NCBI GenBank assembly: GCA_051117555.1
Contig: JBNPEG010000048.1
Coordinates: 33,455-97,454, forward strand
DNA length: 64,000 bases
Direction of reading: 5' to 3'
From: Elainellaceae cyanobacterium
GTDB lineage: Bacteria > Cyanobacteriota > Cyanobacteriia > CAZCXK01
In this document: piece by piece, positions 20,406-29,681 of the stretch
Position numbering within the stretch: the stretch's first letter is position 1
How the letters are laid out: the number at the start of each line of letters is the position of its first letter
Made by a program: the position numbers and the translations under genes
Notes under the pieces: generated by a model
Databases searched by the model: none
Told to the model about the DNA's origin: nothing
The model's input: only the letters and a program-made list of their open reading frames with translations

Positions 20406-21467
20406 TTACTTAGAACTACTGGCGATCGCCGTCGGTCTTGACACCTCTAGATCTTGTGGTGTTTGTCTGTGAGGCTGTCTTCGATCATAGCGATCGCTGA
20501 CAATGCGATTGATTTTTCTGTCAAGACGAATCAGATTTTTTTCTATGATAGAACTACGCCGCCCGAAGAAGAGCGATTTGGCTAAAGGTTTAACATAGGC
20601 CTTGTGCCGACGAAATCCTAACCTGTCATAACGGATTTGAAAGTATCTATCTTCCCTTAAATTCCACTTGTTGCGAAAATGCTCCAGGCTAGCCAAATCC
20701 CAGGCATCACTCCAGCGCAACATAAAGAAGCCAAGGTCTGACCATTTGAGAGGAGGCCCTGGAACGTAGGTTACGATAATGTCTCGCTGAGCATAAACGC
20801 TGCCGCCCGCTTGAGTGACCATCATGCAAAAATCGAGGTGCTCACGAGTGCTGAGTAATCCTTCATCAAGAGGACCGGTCTTTTCAAAGATATCAGTGCG
20901 AGCCAACATGCAGTGAAACTCAACATAGTCACATTGGGCTCGTTGGAGGCGATCGCGCGCATCTTTCACGCGCTTCTTAAAGTGGCATTTATGGTGAAAC
21001 CGCCGCACCATGGCATTATCGATTTGCGTCTCAGTAATATAAACCGAACCGCCAGGATTATGAATGTATTCATGAATTGGAGTGCCGATGCAGACGAGTG
21101 GCCCAACGACTGCTGCGCCTGTTTCGTCAGCACACTGGACTAAACCCTTGAGCCAACCTGGTGTGACGATGACATCATTGTCTACGAAGACCAAATATTC
21201 CGTCTTCACCTGACGCAGCCCAATATTTCTAGATTGGTTGGGAGAAAGATAGTGTTCGGTTCGGACGAGTTGAAAGCCCTTTTCGTGAGCCTGCTCTTTT
21301 AGATACCGCTGGATATGCTGAGGAGAGCCTCCATCGACATACACTAATTTGAACGGGATCTCCGTATGTTGGTAAATACTTTCGAGTGACTCACGAGTAA
21401 AGCTAAAGCGCTCTCGCGGAACAACAACAATCGTAACGTTGGGTTCAGAAGTGCGTGACGTTTCCAT
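20406..21467 (-). CDS. GT2 glycosyltransferase
   Basis: VVVPRERFS, YVDGGS, FVDNDV and EHLDFC. Confidence 0.9.
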   Translation of the reverse strand: METSRTSEPNVTIVVVPRERFSFTRESLESIYQHTEIPFKLVYVDGGSPQHIQRYLKEQAHEKGFQLVRTEHYLSPNQSRNIGLRQVKTEYLVFVDNDVIVTPGWLKGLVQCADETGAAVVGPLVCIGTPIHEYIHNPGGSVYITETQIDNAMVRRFHHKCHFKKRVKDARDRLQRAQCDYVEFHCMLARTDIFEKTGPLDEGLLSTREHLDFCMMVTQAGGSVYAQRDIIVTYVPGPPLKWSDLGFFMLRWSDAWDLASLEHFRNKWNLREDRYFQIRYDRLGFRRHKAYVKPLAKSLFFGRRSSIIEKNLIRLDRKINRIVSDRYDRRQPHRQTPQDLEVSRPTAIASSSK

Positions 21468-21552
21468 TATTTTAATCTCCTAAATAAGACTCAATAGACT
21501 AGATTCGATGGTCGAGCAAACGTTGGCTGCTTTTCGAGATTTTTTAAGCATT

Positions 21553-21642
21553 TATAGCGATCCTAAATCGCTTGTGAATTGTGTGTGAGCGGTGGGGCGG
21601 GGCGCCCGCCCCACCGCTCACAACCCATCTGGGATTGCTATA
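21553..21642. mobile_element. 90-bp MITE-like element with imperfect TIRs and a GC-rich hairpin core
   Basis: TATAGCGATCCTAAAT ... ATCTGGGATTGCTATA; core GTGAGCGGTGGGGCGGG...CCCGCCCCACCGCTCAC. Confidence 0.7.
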
Positions 21643-21652
21643 GGACATAGGG

Positions 21653-22522
21653 CTATATCGGATTTTTTCTCAGATGCCACGTGACTCGGCCCAAAATATG
21701 GCGAGGATGGATTTGCACCGCCCAGAGTAGGCTGAAAAAAGCGGCTCTCTTTTGCCCCAGCCTGTATGACATTTGCGCATGCTTATAAACAAAGTCAGCA
21801 AACATCCTCGGATGCGCCTTGAAGATAGGCTTGTGCTTCTTAACTAAGCGCTGAAAGCTTATCTGGCGCAAACTCGGATTTCGTGAAATACGGGGACCCT
21901 CATGGGTGATGAGTTGATACGTAACAGTCGGTAATCCAACAATCGAGCAAACCGGATTGAGCCGTAGAAACATTTCTGTATGAACTCGGGATTGGAGTGT
22001 TTCATCGTATCCTCCAATACCTAGCAACACATCACGTTCCACAACTAATGTTTGCTTGGAGAGGAATGATTTTCCTGGCTCAATTTCTTCTAGAAAGAAA
22101 TAGGAACCGCGAGGGAGAGTAGGGGGTAAGCGAGTCTCAACGGCTTCACCATCCGAATTCAATACGTCTAACCCCGACAAGACTGCAACTGGCTGAGGCA
22201 ACGTCGTATGGTTGAGTGCCTTTAAAGACACTTCTGCCATATGAGGCAACAACTGGTCATCATCATCTAGGTAGGTGATATAGCGTCCTTGTGCGGCTCT
22301 AGCTCCGGCATTACGAGTGGCAGCTGTGCCTTGGTTTTTGGGCGATCGTATGACTCGTAGCCGCGGATGGTCTGGTAAATTAACTGGTTCGGGCGAGCCG
22401 TCATCGATTACCAAGACTTCAAAGTTGTCGATCGTTTGAGCCAGAGCACTTTGAACCGCACGGGGTAGCAGTTGAGGGCGGTTATAGGTGGGAATAATGA
22501 TGCTGATGAGAGGACTATCCAT
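21653..22522 (-). CDS. GT2 glycosyltransferase
   Basis: IIIPTYNR, IDDGS and YLDDDD. Confidence 0.92.
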   Translation of the reverse strand: MDSPLISIIIPTYNRPQLLPRAVQSALAQTIDNFEVLVIDDGSPEPVNLPDHPRLRVIRSPKNQGTAATRNAGARAAQGRYITYLDDDDQLLPHMAEVSLKALNHTTLPQPVAVLSGLDVLNSDGEAVETRLPPTLPRGSYFFLEEIEPGKSFLSKQTLVVERDVLLGIGGYDETLQSRVHTEMFLRLNPVCSIVGLPTVTYQLITHEGPRISRNPSLRQISFQRLVKKHKPIFKAHPRMFADFVYKHAQMSYRLGQKRAAFFSLLWAVQIHPRHILGRVTWHLRKNPI

Positions 22523-22662
22523 GTCTTACCGTCCCAGACTTAGGCTCAATCGAGAAAAAACGGGGCTTGTTAGTTTGATAGAGTCAATCATGATTCCTAA
22601 GAGTTAGTATTTTATCCAACACCTATGGCCAGCAAGTATGGCCAACATCTATACTCAGATCG

Positions 22663-23559
22663 TCAACTTGACGACGCAGGTTTGAACCGGCGAGCATATC
22701 GACGAAATCCATGAAGAAAGAATTGTACGGGTTGGGTAGGATCGATTTTTAGGGCCCAGGCGATCGCGACTAGAGCCGCTTGAAATTGCCCCTGCTGCCA
22801 AGAGTTGCGGGCATGCCGATACACAAACTGAGCAAACTGACGGGGATGAGATTCAAACGCAACTCGATGCTTTTGAATAAGACGATGGAAGCTCTCTTGA
22901 CGTAGAGCCGGATTGCCCGATACGCGAACCCCCTCGTGGCAGCGGAGATGATAGGTTACAGTAGGCACGCCAATAAGGGTACAGACCGGATTGAGCCGCA
23001 GGAAAAATTCTGAATGGACTCGAGAGCGGAACTGTTCATCCCATCCGCCAATCTGCAAGACTACTGCTCGTTCTACAATTAGGGTTTGTTTCGTTGCGTA
23101 GGATCGCCCAGGTTCTTGCGCTTCCAGAAAAAAGTCACTCCCTTTAGTACGGAGGGTTGGAGGCAATTGGACTTTAATAATCTCCCCTCGGTCATTGACT
23201 TTTGCAAGCCCGGAAATGACGCCTATCGGTAGGGATGCTGACGAGTGAGCCAGTGCGGCTAGAGATATTTCTACCATATGCGGCAGGAGGCGATCGTCAT
23301 CATCCAAGTAGGTCACCCAACGTCCTTTTGCTGCCTCAGTGCCGACATTACGTGCTCCTGCTCCCCCTCGTGACTGATCTAAGCGAATGACCCGTAACCG
23401 AGGATCATCGGGCAGTTGGGCTATTTCAGTGGAGGCATCATCGACAACAATCACCTCCAAATCGTGAAAGGTTTGAGCTAAAGCGCTTTCGACAGCTAGA
23501 GGTAGCAATTGAGGACGGTTATGGGTAGGAATAATAATGCTAAGGTGCGGATTAGACAT
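22663..23559 (-). CDS. GT2 glycosyltransferase (paralog of 21653..22522)
   Basis: IIIPTHNR, VDDAS, YLDDDD; shared SRVH(S/T)E(F/M)FLRLNPVC. Confidence 0.92.
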   Translation of the reverse strand: MSNPHLSIIIPTHNRPQLLPLAVESALAQTFHDLEVIVVDDASTEIAQLPDDPRLRVIRLDQSRGGAGARNVGTEAAKGRWVTYLDDDDRLLPHMVEISLAALAHSSASLPIGVISGLAKVNDRGEIIKVQLPPTLRTKGSDFFLEAQEPGRSYATKQTLIVERAVVLQIGGWDEQFRSRVHSEFFLRLNPVCTLIGVPTVTYHLRCHEGVRVSGNPALRQESFHRLIQKHRVAFESHPRQFAQFVYRHARNSWQQGQFQAALVAIAWALKIDPTQPVQFFLHGFRRYARRFKPASSS

Positions 23560-23637
23560 GGTCGATATTCTAGAGGTTTGATAGCCGTCCAAGTTAAAGC
23601 AGGCTTCTATGAATTCCTACAAAATGAGTTAGATCCA

Positions 23638-24582
23638 CTACTTGATAAGACTTTTATCCTGTTTACTCGCATCTATTTCAGCACCGCTAAATCTTAACTT
23701 CCAGTACTGACGCTTAATCCAAGTTAGTTTCCTTGGCTTATCAGGTTGGGGGTGTGGAATGGGTAAGTGATTAACTTTATATTCATACCCCATCTTCTCA
23801 GCCATCGGTTTAACTTCTGTTTCAAATTCACTCCGTTCAGAAGCATTCCATGTTGCGATAGTTGGCACCCCAGATTTCGCGTTAGGAGGTCTATGCACGA
23901 GTTCGTTGTACGTTGTCTGTGAAATCGAAGACTGAATGCCCAAAAATTGAGCAAGACTTAGATACCGGTCATACGTCAGATCCTCAAGTTTTTCGATTCG
24001 ATAATGGGTTTCGGGCAGAGTTTCAAATTGCTCTAGGACCTTAGCATTGAGTGTATTCCAGTACCAACCCAGTTTCCCCACACGACTCATTTGATTCCAA
24101 CGCAGAAACTCTTCCCCAGACGGCATGATTCGTCCTAAGAAGTAATAGAAATAGGGACAAGAACTCTGGAAACTAGGGGCCAAGTTTGGATTAGTCCGAA
24201 CGGCTGGCTGGCTATACCAACCCTTGCGCAAGTAAGAGTTAACGACTCGCTCAGGACTACGAACAAGCAATATAAATTTAGCACCGAAGCGGTCGTAGAG
24301 CTCTCGGATTGATAGAGAAAGATGGGCACTTGCCTCAAACGAAAACATATGATTGCTAAGATCTTGCCGAATCTCAAGTTCTTTTGCACTCAGAAAACCT
24401 TCAGAGTCTACTGGCAAACCATACCAGTTACAGTACCGATGAAATGTTTCATTGAGAGGATTGCGTTCATGCACTGATGAAACATTGGGTTCTAGAGCGA
24501 CGACTTGCCCCATAAATTTGGTGCCACACCGTCCGGTGCCGACTGCGAACCCTACTTTCTCTGTAAAACTTTCATTCAACAA
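23638..24582 (-). CDS. Sulfotransferase-family protein
   Basis: VGTGRCGT (5'-PSB-like loop) and LLVRSPERVVNS (3'-PB-like motif). Confidence 0.75.
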   Translation of the reverse strand: MLNESFTEKVGFAVGTGRCGTKFMGQVVALEPNVSSVHERNPLNETFHRYCNWYGLPVDSEGFLSAKELEIRQDLSNHMFSFEASAHLSLSIRELYDRFGAKFILLVRSPERVVNSYLRKGWYSQPAVRTNPNLAPSFQSSCPYFYYFLGRIMPSGEEFLRWNQMSRVGKLGWYWNTLNAKVLEQFETLPETHYRIEKLEDLTYDRYLSLAQFLGIQSSISQTTYNELVHRPPNAKSGVPTIATWNASERSEFETEVKPMAEKMGYEYKVNHLPIPHPQPDKPRKLTWIKRQYWKLRFSGAEIDASKQDKSLIK

Positions 24583-24639
24583 TTGAGTCCTCTCCTATCT
24601 ATTCATCTATTCATTGAGAAGAAATTGGAATGTGGAACC

Positions 24640-25926
24640 TCACGCCTGTGTCAGTCTCCAAGTTCTGGGTTGATAGAATGCGCATCGACTCATTCCACTG
24701 CTGGATTGGACTTTAAATTTGAAGGAGTCGACAACATCAAACGTATAAATAGAATCTTTCTTAAGCTTGATACTCATGTTGTAGGTTCCCGATTCTAAAC
24801 CGAGATAGGGCATTTGCAGATGAATCTCATGCTTTCCTGGAGTAACTTCAAAGAACACATTGTCATTGTCACCACTCAGAAAGAGGGTAGTACCCATGCT
24901 ATCTTCACCACCAATCTTGCTAATTTTGATGTGAAGTGTAACGCCCGTTACTGTATCATGAGCGTCGCACGCCACACAAAAGCTCATCTGTTCTCCGGAG
25001 ACAAGAGTCTTCAAAATATTGTCGTTTGCATCTCTAAAAAAGAGTGCGCGAATGTCTAGACCTAAGCTTTCTCCAGGTTTTTTGCTAGGCAATGTCATCT
25101 GGTTATCACTTCGTTCAGTACCGTCAAGAAACAAATCTTGCTCATACTGGGTAACGATCGTTTCAGCATCGCCAGCTGCAATTAGCTTACCTTGAGACAA
25201 ATAAATTGCGGAGTCACAGGTATTGAGAATCGCCTGAGGATTATGGTTGACTAAAATAAATGATGTCCCTTTTTGGCGCAGGTGATAGAGACGGCGATAA
25301 CACTTTGCCTTGAAGCGAGCGTCTCCCACTGCTAGTACTTCGTCAATCAGCAAAATCTCAGGCTCTGTGTGCACTGCACAGGCAAATCCAAGCCGTGCAG
25401 CCATACCAGAGCTATAGGTTTGCACCGGAGCGTCGATTGCATCCCAAATTTCGGCAAAATCAACGACATCATCAAATTTCTTGCGAATATCTTTTGTGGA
25501 TAATCCCAAAATAGACATATTGGCATAGATGTTTTCTCGCCCTGTCAGGATCGGATTGAAGCCTGCACCCAAGGCAATGAGAGGTGCTATTCGTCCGTCA
25601 ATTTCTATTTTTCCTGTGTCAGGCTTGATTAATCCGCTGATGATTCGCAACAGTGTGCTTTTGCCAGCGCCGTTAGTGCCAACTAACCCTAGCGCCTCAC
25701 CACGGTGGAGTTGAAAGCTAATAGACTTTAATGCCCAAAATTCTTGCGATCGCAGCTGATGCATATGGCGACGTCCCCCCACCAAATCAGCAGCGATGTC
25801 TTGTAAGCCATAAAAGAGCGATCGCTTCAGATCTCGACAGAACTTCTTAGATACTTGCTCAATCGAAATTACTACATCGTCGCTGTCGGACTGTGGAAGA
25901 ACGTCTAGCTTGTGAATTCCTACCAC
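24640..25926 (-). CDS. wzt: Polysaccharide ABC exporter ATPase with C-terminal carbohydrate-binding domain
   Basis: GTNGAGKST, YSSGMAARL and DEVLAVGD; ~150-aa C-terminal extension. Confidence 0.92.
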   Translation of the reverse strand: MVGIHKLDVLPQSDSDDVVISIEQVSKKFCRDLKRSLFYGLQDIAADLVGGRRHMHQLRSQEFWALKSISFQLHRGEALGLVGTNGAGKSTLLRIISGLIKPDTGKIEIDGRIAPLIALGAGFNPILTGRENIYANMSILGLSTKDIRKKFDDVVDFAEIWDAIDAPVQTYSSGMAARLGFACAVHTEPEILLIDEVLAVGDARFKAKCYRRLYHLRQKGTSFILVNHNPQAILNTCDSAIYLSQGKLIAAGDAETIVTQYEQDLFLDGTERSDNQMTLPSKKPGESLGLDIRALFFRDANDNILKTLVSGEQMSFCVACDAHDTVTGVTLHIKISKIGGEDSMGTTLFLSGDNDNVFFEVTPGKHEIHLQMPYLGLESGTYNMSIKLKKDSIYTFDVVDSFKFKVQSSSGMSRCAFYQPRTWRLTQA

Positions 25927-25928
25927 TA

Positions 25929-26774
25929 TTATGCACTCACTCTTTCAATCACATATGGCATCGAAATTCGGAAGATGACCCACGTTATCAAGAGACCAAC
26001 AAAGGTAAATGCACTGACTAACCAAAATCCGCTAGGGTTAGAAATAATCCCTGTCGTTGCTAGTTCTCGTGTTGTCACTAGCAGCGGCGTAACGGGGTTA
26101 GCACTAACAAGTTGACCGAATAAGCCTTCTTTGGGAACCGGATAAACAACAGGCGTAATGAACAGCCAGAAACTGGTAAGCATAGTCAGCCCCTTCGATA
26201 CGTCCTGGTAGAGAACACCCGCAGGCGCTAGCAAAACTCCTACAAGAGTTCCTAACATAATCAAGTGAATTAGGGCTACAGGAGCTAAAATTACTGACCA
26301 TCCTATAGGCACCTGAAACCAGATAAACAAACCGACAATCAGTACCATTTTGATGGCGAAATTGAAGCCAACCTCTCCCAATTTAGCGAGGATAATCGCT
26401 TCTCTAGGAAAATTGACTCTCGCGAGCATTGGCTTTGCTTTAATGACTGCTTGCACTGGACCGCTAACAGCTTCTACAAAGGTTTGCCAAATCGACGTGC
26501 CAAACATTACATAAGCGGGATATGGAATATCAGTGTCTCCGACACTAATCACATTGGCATTGCTTGCTAATGTGAAGCCAGCAGCCATGACAATCGGAGG
26601 TACAAAGGCCCAAAGAATACCCAACATAGCTTGACGATATTGAGCGCTGATATCACGCACCATCAGTCTCCAAGCCAATTCACGAGACGCCATCAGATCT
26701 CGCCACATCGTGCAGGCGAGTGCGACAGGATGTCTAAGAAAGCTATCGGGTGTATGGATTACTTTAGGCGGCAT
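25929..26774 (-). CDS. wzm: Polysaccharide ABC exporter permease
   Basis: RDISAQYRQAMLGILW, FITPVVYP and NPVT; six TM segments; adjacent to wzt. Confidence 0.92.
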   Translation of the reverse strand: MPPKVIHTPDSFLRHPVALACTMWRDLMASRELAWRLMVRDISAQYRQAMLGILWAFVPPIVMAAGFTLASNANVISVGDTDIPYPAYVMFGTSIWQTFVEAVSGPVQAVIKAKPMLARVNFPREAIILAKLGEVGFNFAIKMVLIVGLFIWFQVPIGWSVILAPVALIHLIMLGTLVGVLLAPAGVLYQDVSKGLTMLTSFWLFITPVVYPVPKEGLFGQLVSANPVTPLLVTTRELATTGIISNPSGFWLVSAFTFVGLLITWVIFRISMPYVIERVSA

Positions 26775-27411
26775 AGGGAATCCTGACGTTGTTTTCCTTG
26801 CATATTGCTATGAGAAGCAAAGAAGCGGACTGGATGATTGGGGAGGGGACTACAATGCGTAGAGCGCAAGCAGCGAAAAAATCGATTCTGTTTACTTAGT
26901 CAACGAATAGATTCCGTGCGAGTCGATTGCTAGTTTTTTTCCTTGCATCAGGATTTGATATGTCAAGTAGGATGAAAAAATATCCTTAAAAACAAGGCTT
27001 TCAAACGTTACAAGAGTATATTAATCGGAGACTCTAGAGCTTAATAAAGGTTAGTCAGACTCTTTACAAAAACTTGATATTAAGAAAGCATTCCGAAGTT
27101 TCGTATGAAGTAACTACAGACCCTGGGTTTAACAACTATTGCAGGGAGAGGAAGCGAATCCTGTTATATCTAAACTAATCTGAACTAAGTTATTGGGCTA
27201 CTAGATAAAAACTAAAACCCCTGAGCAGCGGAGGTTATGCTGGACTGACCCATCCTATGATAGTCAACCACTTTAGCTTGAATGCGACAATATTCATTCA
27301 TTTCTTTTGTATGAAATCAGTCAAAAAAGTTAATTGAGTTAGCGTTAGAATGTAACATATCTCATTTGTTTATAAACACTATCTATAGGAATAAAACAGG
27401 AATAAAGTCCG

Positions 27412-28905
27412 ATGGCAGTTGCCTTAGTAGTGGGCTTAGGGTGGATGATATCGCTGTGTTTGCATGAATTTGGTCATGCGATCGCAGCCTATTGGGGGGG
27501 TGATACGTCGGTAAAAGAAAAAGGCTATCTCACTCTGAATCCGCTGAAATATACTGATCCAGGATTAAGTCTAGTTCTACCGTTAGTATTTCTGTTGCTG
27601 GGTGGAATTGCGCTACCGGGTGGTGCCGTCTATATCAACCATCATCGGCTGCGAAGTCGAGCCTGGAAAAGCGCAGTATCTGCCGCAGGCCCAGCGATGA
27701 GCGCGGTATCAGCGATCGCCCTTTCAATTCCGTTTTGGACAGGGTTTGCGCCTCCTTTTTCAGACTCATTTGGGTTTCAAGAAAACGGCTGGTTTTGGTC
27801 TGCCCTAGCGTTTTTAATTGCGATTGACGTGTTTGCCGTACTGCTCAATCTGCTTCCCATCCCGTCACTTGATGGCTATGGTATTCTCGAACCGTGGCTC
27901 CCCGAACCGCTGCAAGCTCAACTTAACCGCTTCCGGCGATACGGCATTTTATTCTTATTTGGGCTGTTATGGTTTGTGCCTCCCGCAAGTGGACTGCTTT
28001 GGGGTATTTCATCGGCGGTTTCAGCAGCGTTGGGGGTGTCTCCCATGCGCGTGGGAATGGGCTACGCATTATTTCGCCAAAATGCTCCGGGCATTCTGAT
28101 TGGGGCGATCATTTCAGTTTTGGTCTATCGAAGTTTTTTGCGTCCGTCTCATGAGAAGTATTTGGCAAAGGGCGACCAGGATTTGAAGAAAGGGACGTAT
28201 GAAACAGCTCTGGCTCACTACAATCAAGCCCTAAAACAAAAGCCAAACTATGCACAAGCCTGGAGTCAGAAGGGATGGGCACTGACCTGCTTGGGTCGCA
28301 ATGAAGAAGCACTTGATGCCTTTGATCGAGCTATTCAGCATCAATCCGATCTAATTCACGCACACTATGGTCGCGCTTGGACGCTGATGAATCTTGGACG
28401 CTGGCAGGCTGCTTCTGACGACTTTGCAATAGTGACAGATGCATCTCCTGACCTTTATGATGCCTGGTATTATCGCGGCAACGTGTTGAGCAATGCAGAG
28501 CGGGATGATGCAGCCTTACAGATGTATGATCGCGCGATCGCCCTTGACCCCAAACGTGATGAAGCCTGGTTTCGCAAAGCGGCCATTCTCACGAAACAGG
28601 GGCATTATGACGCCGTTCTGAGTCTGTGCGATCGCGCCTGTCAGAAACATCCCACGTGGCACGAAGCGGTGTATATCAAAGCGACACTATTGCGAGTGTT
28701 AGAGCGATATACAGAAGCGATCGCCCACTACGATCAATATCTTCAGCAGCATCCCGACTATGCAGAGGGCTGGTTTCAGCGAGGGGAATGTCGGCGATTG
28801 ATGGAGCAATGGAACGGGGCGATCGCCTCCTATGCAAAAGCGCTTGAACTCGCCCCCACTCATGCCGAAGCGTCAAGGCAACAGAAACGCTGTAAAACAC
28901 TCTGA
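27412..28905 (+). CDS. Site-2 (M50) metalloprotease fused to C-terminal TPR repeats
   Basis: HEFGH and NLLPIPSLDG; about six 34-aa TPR-like units follow. Confidence 0.9.
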   Translation: MAVALVVGLGWMISLCLHEFGHAIAAYWGGDTSVKEKGYLTLNPLKYTDPGLSLVLPLVFLLLGGIALPGGAVYINHHRLRSRAWKSAVSAAGPAMSAVSAIALSIPFWTGFAPPFSDSFGFQENGWFWSALAFLIAIDVFAVLLNLLPIPSLDGYGILEPWLPEPLQAQLNRFRRYGILFLFGLLWFVPPASGLLWGISSAVSAALGVSPMRVGMGYALFRQNAPGILIGAIISVLVYRSFLRPSHEKYLAKGDQDLKKGTYETALAHYNQALKQKPNYAQAWSQKGWALTCLGRNEEALDAFDRAIQHQSDLIHAHYGRAWTLMNLGRWQAASDDFAIVTDASPDLYDAWYYRGNVLSNAERDDAALQMYDRAIALDPKRDEAWFRKAAILTKQGHYDAVLSLCDRACQKHPTWHEAVYIKATLLRVLERYTEAIAHYDQYLQQHPDYAEGWFQRGECRRLMEQWNGAIASYAKALELAPTHAEASRQQKRCKTL

Positions 28906-28941
28906 AACACATCTAGCATCACCGATCAACCCTAACTAAGG

Positions 28942-29151
28942 CTATGAGTCTGAACGACCTGAAAACCGCTCGATAAATTCGGGGTATTGTTCTAGGTCTC
29001 GTAATGATTCCATTGGCGGCATCTCGACCCAATTACCTTCTGCATGTAGCTTATCGACATAGGCATAAAATGCCTCTTGATCGTCTCGATGAGCGAGCAC
29101 ATAGTCATGCAATTCTTTCTGATTCATGGATTGAAAGTTAGGCTGGCTCAC
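28942..29151 (-). CDS. Small protein, DUF6887-like
   Basis: SQPNFQSMNQKELHDYVLAHRDDQEAF pattern; GTG start overlaps upstream stop (GTGA). Confidence 0.7.
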   Translation of the reverse strand: MSQPNFQSMNQKELHDYVLAHRDDQEAFYAYVDKLHAEGNWVEMPPMESLRDLEQYPEFIERFSGRSDS

Positions 29152-29336
29152 ACGATATACCTCCATTGCCCACTCGGATAGATCTCGACTATATTTTCTT
29201 CACCTGCCAAGAAGAATATGTTTCCAGTTCGTTCATCTAAACGAACGATGTATATCGGCAAATATAGCCGGGTGAACCAGCAACAAAGTATGTAGCACTG
29301 CGTCTTCTGTTCTGGCGTTGGGATGATATTTAGCAC
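29148..29336 (-). CDS. Small protein, DUF6888-like
   Basis: PTPEQ...YLPIYIVRLDERTGNIFFLAGE pattern; translationally coupled to the downstream gene. Confidence 0.7.
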   Translation of the reverse strand: MLNIIPTPEQKTQCYILCCWFTRLYLPIYIVRLDERTGNIFFLAGEENIVEIYPSGQWRYIV

Positions 29337-29458
29337 CCTTTCATGATACTCCGTTCAGGGGGAAGGACATCCTGAACCGCTATCTCCAACTAATCGCGAA
29401 TAATTTACGATTCGTAAGACATCACAGTGAAATTTGTTTAGCAGATGGTTTGAGAAAA

Positions 29459-29584
29459 TTATCGTCCATACATCCAAAAATTGAGCTCTCTGCGAATCTC
29501 TTCTCGCTCAAGCGGATTCGCATAGCGCAGACGATGACGAAGCTCTTGGATGACTTGTTGGCGATCGCGCGGGTTCTTATTCAT
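29459..29584 (-). CDS. 41-aa small protein
   Basis: MNKNPRDRQQVIQELRHRLRYANPLEREEIRRELNFWMYGR preceded by AGGAGA. Confidence 0.55.
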   Translation of the reverse strand: MNKNPRDRQQVIQELRHRLRYANPLEREEIRRELNFWMYGR

Positions 29585-29681
29585 CGATAATCTCCTGATC
29601 AGGACACGGTGTTCTGTCTTGATCATAGGAAATAATCGAGAAAAAGTAGCAGAACTTACATTTTTTGTCGCAATTATCTGA

